Shown in pieces: positions 24,493 through 44,410 of a stretch of 64,000 bases of DNA (within the stretch, counting starts at the first letter, position 1; each line of letters opens with the position of its first letter). Position numbers and translations under genes: made by a program. The stretch lies in the NCBI RefSeq assembly GCF_009914755.1, contig NC_060937.1, one strand, 5' to 3'. The notes beneath the pieces were generated by a model. The model was not told where the DNA came from and made no database searches. It worked only from the letters and a program-made list of their open reading frames with translations. The stretch comes from the human T2T-CHM13v2.0 reference genome, Homo sapiens.

Positions 24493-25503
24493 TAGGGATA
24501 TCTTGAACTCCCAGGCTCAAGCGATCTACCCGCCACAGCCTCCTAAAGTGCTGGGATTACAGGTGAGCTGCCGCACCTGGTCAGCCTGAAACTATTTCTA
24601 AATTGAAAAAGATTTAGCGACTTTCTCCCTTTCACCTCCAACTGCTTCTCCCTATCCTTCTGGCTCCTTCCCCACCCCTACTCCCTTATTTGAACTCATT
24701 CCTTTCTGCTTGTACCTCTAGCTCTCATATATCTCCTAGGTAGAGACTTTTGGAATTTCACAATGCATACATTTCTTTCTCTCAAAAGAGGGAAAGGTAT
24801 TTAAATGTAGAACAGATAAGCAAACAGAACAGCTACAGAACAAGAATAAAACTACTGAGATTGTTAAAATACAGATCCAACAAATTTTTTCTAAACTGGG
24901 ACTGATAAATGCCACTTATGATTTACTGCAAGCATTCCTGGACCTTTTGTGATCTTAGTCTTCCACTGTCATTGGTAAAATATATTCAGCTGCCCCCATT
25001 AAAATGGAACACTTAATTGAAAAATTAGAAATCTAAAAGAGAAAGAACTATATAAGTGTTTATAAAAGTTAGGCTCTTAGATCAAACAGATCAAAATCTT
25101 GAGCTTGGAGCAATAATATAAGGAATCTCTGTTCAATACAAAAGTTTTACTTTTTCTGCTATGCAGAGACCAACAAAACAAAAACAAAAACAAAAACAAA
25201 AAACAAACAAAAACAAAAAGCTGAAAGAAGAGAGAGAGAGCGAGAGAGAAACTGCTCTAATCTTTCCTGTCCACATTTGTTAATCAAGCAAACCAGACTG
25301 GTAAACAAAAGATAGATTTGTTACTAATTCAAGGATAATTGGGGATTTTATTTTTCTTATTCAATTCAGCCAGTCCTAGCCAAAATGTAAACATTAAAAA
25401 TTTGACCTTGGCTGGGCATGGTGGCTCACGCTTGTAATCCCAGCACTTTGGGAGACCAAGGTGAGAGGATCATGAGGTCAGGAGATCGAGACCATCCTGG
25501 CTA

Positions 25504-25755
<252 letters not shown>

Positions 25756-28700
25756 TTACAAAAATCAAACTGCTCTAGCACTTTGTGAAGCAAAGGCATG
25801 AGGATCATTTGAGGCAGGGAGTTCAAGACAAGTCAGGGTAACAATAGTGAGACCCTCATCTCAATGAAAATAAAAATAAAAATAAAAATAAATTAGCTAG
25901 GTGGTGGCAGGCACCTGTAGCCCTAGGTACTTGGGAGGAGGCTGAGGTGGGAGGACTGGTTGAGCCAAGTAGTTCAGGGCTGCAGTGAACTATGATTATG
26001 CCACAGCACTCCAGTCTGGGTGCCAGAGTGAGACACTATCACCAAAAAACTAAAATCAAACTGCCACAAAAACTTATTTGCCTGAAATTTTGGTCCACAG
26101 TCTTCATTAGATTATCTGTAAGGGCAATTAAATTTTAGCCATGTGAACACATTCCAATTTAGTCAGAAATATAATTTGGATCCAATTGTCTTTTATGAAC
26201 CAGTGAGTTTTTATTACTATCTCATGACTAAAATTCTAAAATGAAAGCTGTGAAATCTTTGTGTGTGTGTGTGTGTGTGTTTAGATGTATTTATACATAT
26301 ATACATGTATTATATGCTGTGTCTACATGGTAAAATCTGGCATAGTTGACCAGAAATCTCTTAAGGATAAATTAGTGCTCATATAAAATATATAGTAATT
26401 AATCCTAATGGCTTTTAGTTTTTGTTAAATGAGTAAAGCATTAATAAATAAGATGATTTTAAAATTATTGGTAAAACAAAAATAGAAATGTCTTCAGAAT
26501 TGTCAGCATACACTTTGCCTGGGTTTACTGGTAAGACAGTTTTATATCTTTCTCTGCTAGATATCTGAAGCTGTCATGGTTTAACACAAAGGTTATAAAA
26601 GTATAAACTCAGCCTAAAACAGAATGATCTTTGAGTAATTTTGTGATAAGACTAATTTAATGTTACAGCCGTATCTTCTGGCTTATCAGCAAAATACCAA
26701 TATACTTCACTTTAAGGCTCTTATTTAAGTGAACACCTGATAGTCACAGGCTATAAAAATGGATAACAAGGAAATAATTTGATACCATGACTAACTTTGT
26801 CTAATACCTCAGTTTTCAGAAATAATCTAGGTTATCTGCTAAAATAAATAAATTAGGTAAATTAAATAAATTTCCATAAATGAACTTTTAATGTAATTTG
26901 ATATCTTAAAGTTGTGTTAAATTAATAGATACTAATTAAATCTGGGTCATTATCAAATAAAATTTTAAAATTGTGTTATAGGGAAACATGTTTCTAAAAA
27001 TTACAAAATGATTCTCATGATAAATATTGATATATTGAAAATGAACCAGGTAGGTAAAAAAAGAAAACAAATTAAAAGTAAAATACTGATATGTGACAGA
27101 CAATTCAAGATCTTGCTTCCTAGGTTTCATTAAATTTAAGAGTTAAAAATTGTAATCAATATATAGAATTCTGTATATAAAGAGTACATATATATACACA
27201 AAATGTATTTTTGATAGAAAAAAATTATAAGAAAGTCACAAAGTGGCTGGGCACTGTGGCTTATACCTGTAATCCCAGCACTTTGGGAGGCCAAGGCAGG
27301 CAGATCACGAGGTCAAGAGATTGAGACCATCCTGGCCAACATGGTGAAACCCCGTCTCTACTAAAAATACAAAAATTAGCTGGGCGTGGTGGTACGTGCC
27401 TGTAATTCCAGCTACTAGGGAGGCTGAGGCAGGAGAATTGCTTGAACCCAGGAGGCAGAGGTTGCAGTAAGCCAAGATTGTGCCACTGCCCTCCAGCCTG
27501 GCAACAGAGTGAGACTCCATCTCAAAAAAAAAAAAAAAAGAAAGAAAGAAAGAAACGGATAAAGTTGTGTTCTTTATTATGAAAAAAATTTTTTGTCTAT
27601 TTTGGAGGTTAATTAAACATTGTTTCAAAATATAGAACAGATAGGAAAGAACCGGTAAGTAGGAGAGTGATATGTGAAGAAAGTATAGATATGAAAACGT
27701 ATTTTTGGTAAGAAAGGTTAAAAAGAAAAGATAATAATGTTATATGAGAAAAAACTTTATATGGTAAATTTGTGTCCTAAGGTAAAATTTAAGAGAGCAA
27801 AAGTATAGGATAAAGCAGAAATTTCAAGCATATTGTCTATGGTACATATTGTCAGAGTACGTTGTGATAAGGTTTGTGAAAAGAAAATTTATGAAAGGAA
27901 ATTTGCATGTGATCAGGTTGGCTATAATTAAAGGAAATTACTTATAAGTCTTTCTAAAGATTGAGCTTTGATATTAAATTATACTAATACAAAACTAAAA
28001 TTTTGGTTCCCTATGTTAGAATAAAGCAAGTTTTTCATCAACTATCAATTTGCTTTTAGTAAAATTCAGAGGTTCTGAATTTTTAATTCTGAAATCTGTA
28101 TCTTTTAAAACTTCTCAGACTTATATCTCGGAAGTTCAACTTTTACTGTACCTTGCTGCATGTGATTTGCAGGTCACATGTGATTGCCTTCTGTTTTTTT
28201 ATCCCTGGGAAAGGTACATCTTTTTGCTTGGCTGGGATGGTAACTCTGTCCTTCAATGTTTTTATCAATTCCTGTAACTTTTGTTCTGGTTCTAACACTG
28301 ATGTTGTGGCCTGACACTGAAATGTTTTATCTTGAAGGTGTAGAAAAGCAATGTTTTCCTTCAGTATAACTTGATTCTGTACTCTTGGGTTTTCTTTATA
28401 GGTCTGCATTGTTCAGTATAACCAGGAAACATCCATGTTGTTACTAAGAGTCCCTACTTTGTGTCCCTACACAAGGTACTAGTTTTCTTGTTTACATTTC
28501 TCCATAATAAATTGTACATCATAATCCTGGACAAACTCTTCCTCTGTCTGCTTAAATTCAAGTACCTTTTTCATCAGGTTTGACTTCCAGGTTAACTAAA
28601 TGGGCTTCTCATGAGGAAAAGCAATTACACTACAGAAGGTTTTTCTTTTCCTTTTTGGTAACAGGTCTGAAAAAAAAAAGATTTTACATTTTATCGAGAT

Positions 28701-30339
28701 AATCCTTGTGTTGTCTTTATTAGGATTTTGGTTACTTAGGAAAACTGAGTTTTAAATGGGTTAAGGTTTCCACAACCATGTAACTTCTATATAGCTTTTG
28801 AAGTTTTATGATTATCACTCTGGTTAAATGAATAACTATTATTTAACAGTGACCTGTGATTCTGTTTTGTTTTTCGGATTTTTGTTTTCATTTTTGTTTT
28901 TGTTTTGAGATAGGATCTTGCTTTGCTGCCCAGGCTGGAGTACAGTTGTGTGATCGTAGTTCACTATAAAACTAGGCTCAAGTGATCCTCCCACCTCAGC
29001 CTCCTGAATAGCTGGGACTACTGATGCATGCCAGAACATCCAGCTAATTAAATTTTTTTTTCATTTTTTGTTTTAGAGATAAGGTCTTGCTCTGTTGCCC
29101 AAACTGGAGTCAAGTGGTACAATCACAACTTGCTGTAATTTTGAACTCTGGGGCTCAAGCAATCCTTGGTCTCCTGAGTAGCTAGGACTACAGTAGTGTG
29201 TCACCATGCCCAGTTAATTTTTCATTTTTATTTGTAGATACCAGGTCTCCCTATGTTGCCCAATCTGGCCTTGAACTTCTGGCCTCAAGCAATCATTCTG
29301 CCTTGACCTCTCAATGTGCTGGGACTAAAGGTATGAGCCACCATGCTGTAAAAACTTTTCATGAAGATGAGATCTTGCTAATGTAGCCCAGGCTGGTCTT
29401 AAACTCCCGGCCTCAAGCAATCCTCCCACCTCAGCCTCCCAAAGCACTGGGATTGCTGTCCTGAGCCACTGTACCCAGCCCATGATTCTCTTTTGATCAA
29501 ATGTTTCAAACCTTTTGACATCTTTGGCAGATTTCACTAAGATCAAAATTCTAAATTACTTTTTGTTGGCTTAAAATTAACTTTGGGATATTCTAGTTGG
29601 GCCCCTGGAAACATCAAAGAATGTATCTCTCATTTTGTAGAGATATTAAATTATTTGGTAAATTGTACGGTAGGCATTGTCAAATAACAATAATATTAGA
29701 TCTTCTCTCAGTTACATTTATGGGTATGTTATTGATATGTGTTTCCAAAATCATACAAATTAATAAAAATATAATATTTTGTCAGTCATAATTTTATTAT
29801 GATTTTTGATTGCTATGTTAAAGTTATATTTGTATGAATATGTTATTAATTTAAATATTCTAAAAATTATATAAAAGTTATAAAATTCTGATGGTCCTGA
29901 TGTGACATTATCAGTCATAATTCTGGTTGCATCTACTAGATATTTTAAATGCTGCACGTAATAGCAATAACTAAATTTCCTGGTCAATTGGAACTTTCAT
30001 CAGATTTTAATCATGGCTATTCTAAGTTTTTATCATCCACAGCTGTTGTTTTGAATTCTTCTCTAAACACATTTGCAATCAGCTTTAGTCCAAAATTGCT
30101 TTTCATGGAAAAGACTAACAAGTACTCTTAAACACTGATTTCTGATAACTTTAAGATAAATGGACTAAATAAAAACTCCCAGAATTCTAATAAAAGACTG
30201 ACTCATTCATGAGGATCGTTAAGTCAACATCAAGCAGAAAAAGAATTACAAGGGACTGAACTGATGGAGCACTAAAATGATTACATAAATTCTTGTTTGA
30301 AATACTGCTGATTCTTTTTGTATTTTGTTTTCCAAAGTC

Positions 30340-34151
<3,812 letters not shown>

Positions 34152-34382
34152 TGGATAATAGTATTTTTCTCATAGGGTTTTCATAAAGATTAAATAAGAA
34201 ATAGCAAATTGCATATAGTGTCTAGTACAGAGTAAGTGTTCAATAACAGTTATGATGAAATGATTACAGTAATTGAGAAGAGAAAGGAGAGATAGGAGAG
34301 AGGAGTAAAGTTCCCTAAGAAGGCAAAGATGTATCCCTCCTAAGCGCAGGTAGTGGAATTAACTCTGCATTCACCAGGGGAT

Positions 34383-35854
<1,472 letters not shown>

Positions 35855-36752
35855 TAGAGATGGGGCCTCCTTATGTTGCCCATGCTGGTCTCAAACTCCT
35901 GGGCTCAAGTGTTCCTCCTGCTTTGGCCTCCAAAGTTTTGGGATTACAGGCGTGAGCCACTGCGCCTGGCCTAGATCTAGAATCTAAAGCACTTGGCAAC
36001 TTGAGAATAAGAAAGAGCAGTCAAAGTTGATTATAAAATTTTGAGGCAAGCTGGGTGTGGTGGCACCTGAGTAGTCGGAAACTGTAATTCCAGCTATTCA
36101 AGAGAGCACCTTGAGTAGGTGGAACCTGTAATTCCAGCTACTCAAGAGGCTGGAATACATACATTCTAGCTACTCAAGAGGCTGGAATACATACATTCCA
36201 GATAAGAAATTCCAGAAAGAGCCTTTCTTATTTATTTATTTATTTATTTTTGATTTATTTTTATTTTATATGTATATATATTTGATGCTAACTGCAAGAG
36301 TGGTGTCAATAACAAAAACAGATAAGTAGTTTTCTCTATTTTTTTGGACTACTTTGATGGAAGATAATACATTTTATTTCAACTGTTAAAGTAGGAAATG
36401 CTTATAAGACATCCAGATGGAGATATTAAACAATGAGAATGAAGGCCAGGAGATCCAAAGGGGACTTGAAACTGGAGAGAGATTTGAAATAATCTACTTG
36501 GTGTTAATAATGATGCTATGGGAGCAAGAGAATTTATTAATTTTGTATTGCTAGTGTATTCTGTACGTGCTGGTCTTGCACATAGCAGGTGTTCAATGAA
36601 CATGTTTTATTGTTGTTGTTTAAAAAGAAAACAGAATTATCTAGATAATCTACATTTAGGAGAAGAATGAAGACTTGATTGAGGACCCAAAGGATGACCA
36701 AGAAGAGGTACAGGAGAAAACCCAGAATTCTGCAGGGTCTTGGCGATGCAAG

Positions 36753-37282
36753 TGTCAGAGCCATTTGAACCAGAGCTACTCCATCTTGAGTGAGGGCTAA
36801 GAAAACTGAGGCTGGGACTTGCTGGGCTGCATTCCCAGGAGGGTAAGTATTCCTAGCCTCTAGGTTAACGGAACAGATTAATAACGTTTACTAACAGACC
36901 CAGACTCAGGAATGTCCTGATATCCTGATGTCTTAAAAACAAAAGCACTCCTAATTTTGCTTTAAAGATAAATATCGATCCTTGCAAAATATAGTAATTA
37001 AGAAAACTAATTGTTTAAATCACAAACCTTTGTAGTAGAGCAAATCTCCCCATTTTTTTGTTATCCTATATATAAATAAGCATTGTACCTAGGGGTAGGC
37101 GCGTTCCTCCTCTTACTTTCAGGAACGCCCTACTCTGTCTATAGAGTAGCTATTCCTTCACCACTTTACTTCCTTAATAAATTTGCTTTTGCTTTGCACT
37201 GTGGACTTGCCCCAAATTCTTTCTTCGGTGAGATCCAAGAACCCTCTCTTGGGGTCTGGATCAGGAGCTCTTTCTGGTAACA
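36753..37282 (+). mobile_element. MER41-family solo LTR (C/D-like)
   Basis: TGTCAGAG..TTTGAACCAGAGC start, GAGATCCAAGAACCCTCTCTTGGGGTCTGGATC...GGTAACA end; TSD CAAG/TAAG. Confidence 0.85.
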
Positions 37283-37429
37283 TAAGAAAAGAAAGAGAAA
37301 TTCATGAAGGAGAGGGTGGTCTACTGTGTGAAATGCCAATGAGAGATTAAGGACCTTGTGGACTGAGAAACTTTTTGGAATTGGCCAATTCTTCAAAATA
37401 CAAGCTCCATGAGGGCAGATGTTTTTTCA

Positions 37430-37580
37430 GAGGCAGGATCTTACTTATTGCCCAGATTGGAGGGCAGTGGCTATTCACAGGCACAATCACAGTGCACTGC
37501 AGCCTCAAATCCCTAGGCTCAAGTGATGCTCTTGTCTCAGCCTCACAAGTAGCTGGAACTACAGACGTGTGCCTGGGCTT
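37430..37580 (-). mobile_element. FAM/7SL-derived Alu monomer
   Basis: Diagnostic gtggctattcacaggc segment absent from dimeric Alus. Confidence 0.6.
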
Positions 37581-37650
37581 CCGCTGAGAGCAGATATTTT
37601 TGACTGTTAGAAGACTGCCTATAACATCGTAGGTACTCAACAATAAATAC

Positions 37651-38099
37651 TGTGAACAAAAATTCTCTGAAAAGGAATTTAGAAGAAAGAAACTATTCCA
37701 ATGAACAGTTTGCAAATAGGGGAGACACAGCCTTTGGTACAAAAGGAAGGTACATGCCAGAGAACAAAGGGAGGGATTGTTTTTATATAGAAAGTACCTA
37801 CCCAGGTTCCCATGCTCCTCCATTTATGTAGATGAAGGATGCAAACTTGCTTAGATCTGATTGCCTGATGTTTGCTGAGTTTTGATTGGTTGACATAGGT
37901 TACAGCTTATTGGTTGGTTCAGGTGCCTAAACAGGAACAGGCAGCTATGAAAGTTGCAAAGTTAAGGAAAAGCCTGTAAGGAACTCAGAGTACATGTGTG
38001 ATCTCTAATCAGCAAATGGCCCATTGGCTCTATTTTCAATTCAGGCCCAGTTAGACACTAAGGATTTATCTTGAAGGACTGGCTTTTTCAGGTTTCACA
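37651..38099. mobile_element. ERV solo LTR, unassigned
   Basis: TGTGAA...TTCACA termini; repeated ATTGG (CCAAT) boxes. Confidence 0.5.
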
Positions 38100-39247
38100 A
38101 CGCAGAACAAATGAACTGGTGATATTTCAGAAAACACTTTCAGAAAACTGTTGGGCACAGAAGCCAAATCTTAAGTATTCAATAGAGTTGCCACTTTCCT
38201 AAAAAATATCCAGCTATTTCTCATCTGTTTTCCCCATGTAGTCAGAGTGATTTAATGCAGTTGTGTGATAATGGCTCACTGCAGCGTCGACCTCCCAGGC
38301 TCAAGCTATTATCCCACCTCAGCCTCTTAGGTAGCTGGGACTACAGGCATATGCCACTATGTCTGGCTAATTTTTAAAATTTTTTGTAGAGACGGGGTCT
38401 CACTATGTTGTCCAGGTTGGTTTTGAACTCCCAAGCTCAAGTGATCCTCCTGCCTTGGCCTCCCAAAGAGTTGGGATTATGGGTGTTAGCCATTGTGCCT
38501 GGCCAGAATGACTTTTAAAAAATTAAATCATCAGATCATGTAACTTGCCTTCTGAAAATGTTTCAGTGGATTCCCATTGAATTTAAGATTAAACAAACAA
38601 ACAGACAAACAAAAAAACCCACACTGCCTGAGACCGTGAACTCTGCACAGCCTGGTCTATATTTTCAACTGTACTGCATACCACTTTACTTCTCCTGCGC
38701 TACACTCCAGCCACGTCCTTTAACCAGAGAGGAGAGACAAGTTCTCACCTTTCCCTTCTATTCCTTCGTCATACCAATCTTCTTCCTGCATTAGGGCATT
38801 TGCCTGTGGTTCCCTTTGTTTAGAATATGCCATCCCACGACATGTGGTCCCCCACCAGGATCTCCCAGCCAAACTTGCTTCTCATCCTCAGGTTTCTGTT
38901 CAATTGTCATTATCACCTCCCCAAAGGGTTCTCATTCCTGTGTACTTGGTTTAAAGTAGTCCTTCCCTCAGCCCCCATTGCTCTCAAATGACCTTGCTTT
39001 GTGTCCCTCATAGGACTTGCTTTAAGTCCCTCATAGGACTTCATACAGTTTGGAATTACCTTATCTATTTGTTTATGTGTTTATAATCTGTCTCCTCCCA
39101 CTAGGATATAAACTATGTAAAGAGAGAGAACATGCAAACTGGGAGGAGAGTAACTGATGAATAAAATTTGAGGAAAAGCAAAAAGGGATGAGATGAAGAA
39201 CTCAAAGGGAGGAATAAGAGTACCTTTCTTTCTCGGAAAAAAGAGCC

Positions 39248-39637
<390 letters not shown>

Positions 39638-40314
39638 TCAGCTTTTAATTACATAGTTAAATTGGCTGTGGGAATAGCAGCAAACTATTTGATTTTAGGT
39701 TGCCAGCTGGCTCTGGAAGACATGCACGTATATGGGGTGGAGAAAATCCTTTTCCAGATTCTTCTCTCCTTGTCTTTACTAGGCTGAACGAGAAGAATCA
39801 GTGGCCCATATTACATATGTAAAAAGGGCTTTGGGAATTGCAAAGGTCTTTACAGATGTGGTTACTGTTATTTTACTTTATGCATGATTCTAAAGGAGGT
39901 ATGCACCGTCTGAAGTGCCAGGAAGGAGCATCTGGGTGGATGTCCATGATGGCCCCAAAAGGACTTCAGCATTTTTCCTGAGAAACAGTGAGTTCAGATT
40001 TACACAGTATTTGTTTTTTATCACAGGCTTTGAAATGACTAAGCATTAAATTCACATAACCCTGCTGTGAAACACATTATCATGTTATTATAACCCCATT
40101 TTCTGTTGAAAGGTAGAAATAAGATCTGTTCCAGACTAAACAGGAAGTCAGTAATAAGATTATAGTTACTGGTTAATCTAGGCTTTCTGATTGTGCATAC
40201 ATTACATCTTTTATACACATAAGGTTCAGGATGACAACTACCAGCACCGTGATTGGTGTTCTTTTCTATTCCCTCCCTCTCCCCTCACCCCCACACTAGT
40301 GTAGACAACCAAGG

Positions 40315-40995
40315 TGATATGGTTTGGATTTGTGCCCCCCCCACCCCAATCTCATCTTGAATCGTAACCCCCAGTGTTGGAGGAGGGGCCTGGTAGGAGG
40401 TGACTGGATCATGGGGACAGATTTTCCCCTTGCTGTTCTCATGATAGTGAGTGAGTTCTCACGATCTAGTTGTTTAAAAGTGTGTAGCACCGCTGGGCAT
40501 TGTGGCTCATGCCTGTAATCCCAGCACTTTGGGAGGCTGAGGCGGGTGGATCACAAGGTCAAGAGTTCAAAACCAGCCTGGCCAACATGGTGAAACCCCA
40601 TCTCTACTAAAAATACAAAAATTAGCTGGGCATGGCGGTGCATGCCTGTGGTCCCAGCTACTCAGGAGGCTGAGGCAGGAGGATTGCTTGAACCCAGGAG
40701 GTTGCAGTGACTGAGATCATGCCAGTGCACTCCAGCCTGGGTGGCAGATGAGGCTCCATCTCAAAAAAAAAAAAAGTGTGTAGCACCTCCTCTTTCACTC
40801 TATTCCTCCTGCTCCAGCCATGTAGGATGTGCCTGCTTCCCGTTTGCCTTCCACCATGATTGTAAGTTTCCTGAGGCCTCCCCAGCCATGCTTCCTGTAT
40901 AGCCTGTGGAACTGTGAGCCAATTAAACTTCTTTTCTTTATAAATTACCCAGTCTCAGGTAATTTTTTATAGCAATGTGAGAACAGACTAATACA
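40315..40995 (+). mobile_element. MSTA/B MaLR solo LTR with Alu insertion
   Basis: TGATATGGTTTGG...GACTAATACA; TSD CAAGG/AAAGG. Confidence 0.85.
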
Positions 40996-41860
40996 AAAGG
41001 TATGTGTGTATGGTGTGTGAAAGACAGATGAAGAAGATATTAAATATGAGTATTTATAACTATATATAACTATAGTTTATAACTAGTAGCAAACTAGTGC
41101 TGCTTTCTAGTATTTGGGATTGCAGATTTTCTTTGCGTGACTGCGCTTCCCTGGGAGATGCTGGCACGGAACTGTGTGTCCTGGGAAGTGGAAGTTGGCA
41201 GTGGGTCGGAGGCTGCAGAGTGCACGTGAAGAACCTTCCTGGGCTGCTGATTTAGGGGTTGGGGAGAGCAATGGTGAATGAGGGTGATGATTTAGCTGCT
41301 ACCACAGAGAGTGAAGATAGTTAATGATTTGTAGTAAATAAGGCTGGAAGAGGCCCACAGGAAACTTTCATAAAAGATAATCGTTCCTTGTCTTCAAAAT
41401 ATTTACAGTTGGTACTATGCTTTTCTTCCCTTCTCTTGTATATTTCTTTTAAAAATCTAATTTGTCATTTTGAAATAGGTCTAGAAAAGTCCATGTCCTA
41501 TGAGGGTCAAGTGAGGGCTTGACTGACGCACTGAAGGTTTGGCTCTTTTCGTGAGTAACCCTTCACTTCTGATGATGTAGATAAATGACAATGTAGATAA
41601 ATTGGGAGCCAAAGGTTTTCAGGAATTAGTAATGCCATGGTAAGCAAACTGTGGCTAGCAATTATGGCAGTGGTTGAGTATGAGGGTGCTGAGAGGAGGC
41701 ACTTCTGTGTGCTTGCTCAGTTCTCCGGGTGGGGGACTGCCACTAGTACAGGTGCGACTAAGGCAAGCTCCTAAAGCATCTATACTTGCCTACTTCCTAA
41801 CAGCTTGGGCAGCTTGGGAGCTCTGCAGAGTACACATAGGCCCTTGAACCCCCACTTTTA

Positions 41861-42485
41861 TTTTTTTCTTTCCATTTTTTATTTTAGACTCAAGGGGTAA
41901 ATGTTCAGGTTTATTACACAGGTAAATTGCATGTTGTGGGGGTTTGGTGTACAGACAGTCTTGTCACCCAGGTAATCAGCATAATACCCTATAGGTAGTT
42001 TTTTAATCTTCACCCTCCTCCTACTCTCCACCCTCAAGTAGGCCTCAGTGTCTACTGTTCCCTTATTTGTGTCCATGGGTACTCAGTGTTTATAATTCCA
42101 CCTGTAAGTGAAAACATGTGGTATTTGATTTTCTGTTCCTGCATTAATTCATTTTGGATAATGGCCTCCAGCTCTACCTGTGTTGCTGCAAAGGACATGG
42201 TCTCATTCTTTTTTGTGGCTGTGTAGTATTCCATGGTGTACCACATTTTCTTTATCCAGTCCACCGATGGGCATCTAGGTTACTTCCATGTCTTTTTATT
42301 GTGAATAGTGCTGCGATGAACATACACGTGCATGTGTCCTTTTTTTTTTTGAGGCAGTTTGTTGCCCAGGCTGGAGTGCAGTGGCATGATCTTGGCTCAC
42401 TGCAACCTGTCTCCCAGGCTCAATTGATCCTCGCACCTCAGCATCCCAAGTAGCTGGGACTACAGGCACTCGCCACTATGCCCAG

Positions 42486-42530
<45 letters not shown>

Positions 42531-42700
42531 CATGTTGCCCCGGCTGGTCTCCAACTCCTGAGCTCAGGGTGATCCGCCTGCCTCAGCCGCCCAAAGTGCT
42601 GGGATTACAGGCGTGAGTCACTGCACCTGGCTGTGCATGTGTCTTTACGGTAGAACAATTTATATTCTTTTGGGTATATACCCAGCAATGGGATTGCTGT
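41861..42700 (-). mobile_element. 5'-truncated L1 (old L1PA/L1PB 3' end) with Alu insertion
   Basis: ORF2 C-terminus-like WIKKMWY-TMEYYTA and L1 3'UTR; TSD GAACCCCCACTTTTA / GGACCCCCAATTTTA. Confidence 0.8.
42489..42526. repeat. (GT)n microsatellite replacing the A-rich linker of an Alu
   Basis: About 19 GT units between the Alu arms. Confidence 0.9.
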
Positions 42701-42987
42701 GGACCCCCAATTTTAATGACAGTACTTTCCCTATTTTAAAGGACTCCTATGATGCTTTAAAATCATGTGTGAAACGTAGGAGATTGAAAGAAAAAAAAAG
42801 ACTCCTATGATTCTTTCATGTCCAACCAACTTAGGCTAGAAAGAAGGAAAATCAAATAGGCAGGCACTGTGGCTCACACCTGTAATCCCAGCACTTTGGA
42901 AGGCCGAGGTGGGCAGATCACCTGAGGTCGGGAGTTTGAGACCAGCCTGACCAACATGGAGAAACCCCGTCTCTACTAAAAATACTA

Positions 42988-43137
<150 letters not shown>

Positions 43138-43652
43138 TCAAAAAAAGGAAAATAAAAAAGGGCAGCCCAGTTCTGATTACAGCCGACTAAATGCAGTTAC
43201 TCATCAATTACTTTATAGTCTCAGAAATATGCACCCATTAAGATTCAGCACATGTATAAATAAACTTATGTACCTAATGTTTACACACACCTTACTACTA
43301 ACCCTACACTGAATGTATGGTTTATTCTTGCCACTGTTGTATCTTTCTAGACTCACACATTACCATCAATATGCTGCCTTTTATTTGTTGTAGAGAGTAT
43401 CCCAGAGTTGGAAGATCCTGAATTTGAAGCCTGTTTCTCCCATTATTATATGGCTTTCAGGAAGGGGAACCATCTGAAGAGAAAGGGTAGGTAGACTCAG
43501 AAGACCAGTGGCCTTATAAAACCGTAATTCCGGCCAGGTGTGGTGGCTCACGCCTGTAATCCCAGCACTTTCGGAGGTTGACGCGGGGGCGGATCACGAG
43601 GTCAAGAGATCAAGACCATCCTGGCCAACATGGTGAAAGCCTGTCTCTACTA

Positions 43653-43811
<159 letters not shown>

Positions 43812-44359
43812 TCAAAACCAACCAACCAAACAAAAACAAAGATTGTAAATATTTGTTTGGTTTGCCCTGGAAAGAGAAGGCTTCTACTTAGAGTCTGAAT
43901 CAAGGAGGAAAAGGAAAGAAAACAAGTTCATCTTTCATCAAAAGTCTACTTTGCATCGGACACTTAAATTCCTAAATGGGGAGAAATGCAAAAAACTCTG
44001 ACTCTTCAGAGTCATAACTAACATTATCTTGCGCCACAAGCTTATCAAGAGTGCAATACAAGTCAGTGTCTTCTCTTTTCTACTTAAAAGAAAATTCTCG
44101 TTTTTATTTATTACTTTATTGCAAGGAGAAGCAGACAATAAGTAGGAGTCTTATGAGGCGTTCTGATGCATAGGAGCAATGGTGAATGAGGGTGGTGACT
44201 CACCACCCCATGGGACTCCAAGGTTTTGGTGACAGCTCGCCTGAGCCCCAGGGGGTGCCGAGATTGCGGCGAGGAGAGCCGCAGCACAAGGCAAATCCAC
44301 GCGGTTGGTCCCCGCTACGCCCCCGTAGTCACCCGCAGCCCCTCGCCAAAGGGCGCTCC

Positions 44360-44370
44360 GCGCATGCGCA
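44360..44370. promoter_or_regulatory. NRF1 site
   Basis: GCGCATGCGCA, consensus palindrome. Confidence 0.75.
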
Positions 44371-44398
44371 CAGGATCCGGCTCGGGAGGCGGACCCTG

Positions 44399-44410
44399 GC
44401 TGCCATCTTG
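44399..44410 (-). promoter_or_regulatory. YY1 site
   Basis: Reads CAAGATGGCAGC on the minus strand (consensus CAAGATGGCGGC). Confidence 0.65.

Noticed and set aside
36060-36200. CRISPR-like repeat array
   Set aside because: Eukaryotic context, Alu-derived units and no unique spacers; better explained as a repair scar
36820-36850. Interferon-inducible STAT1 (GAS) enhancer in the MER41 LTR
   Set aside because: The sequence reads TTCCCAGGA, not TTCNNNGAA; the tandem GAS sites of MER41B are not seen
37430-37580. 7SL RNA gene
   Set aside because: Lacks the S domain and is diverged; it is a fossil Alu monomer
39003-39041. 16-bp direct repeat GTCCCTCATAGGACTT
   Set aside because: A small slippage duplication within an old L2 fragment; nothing suggests function
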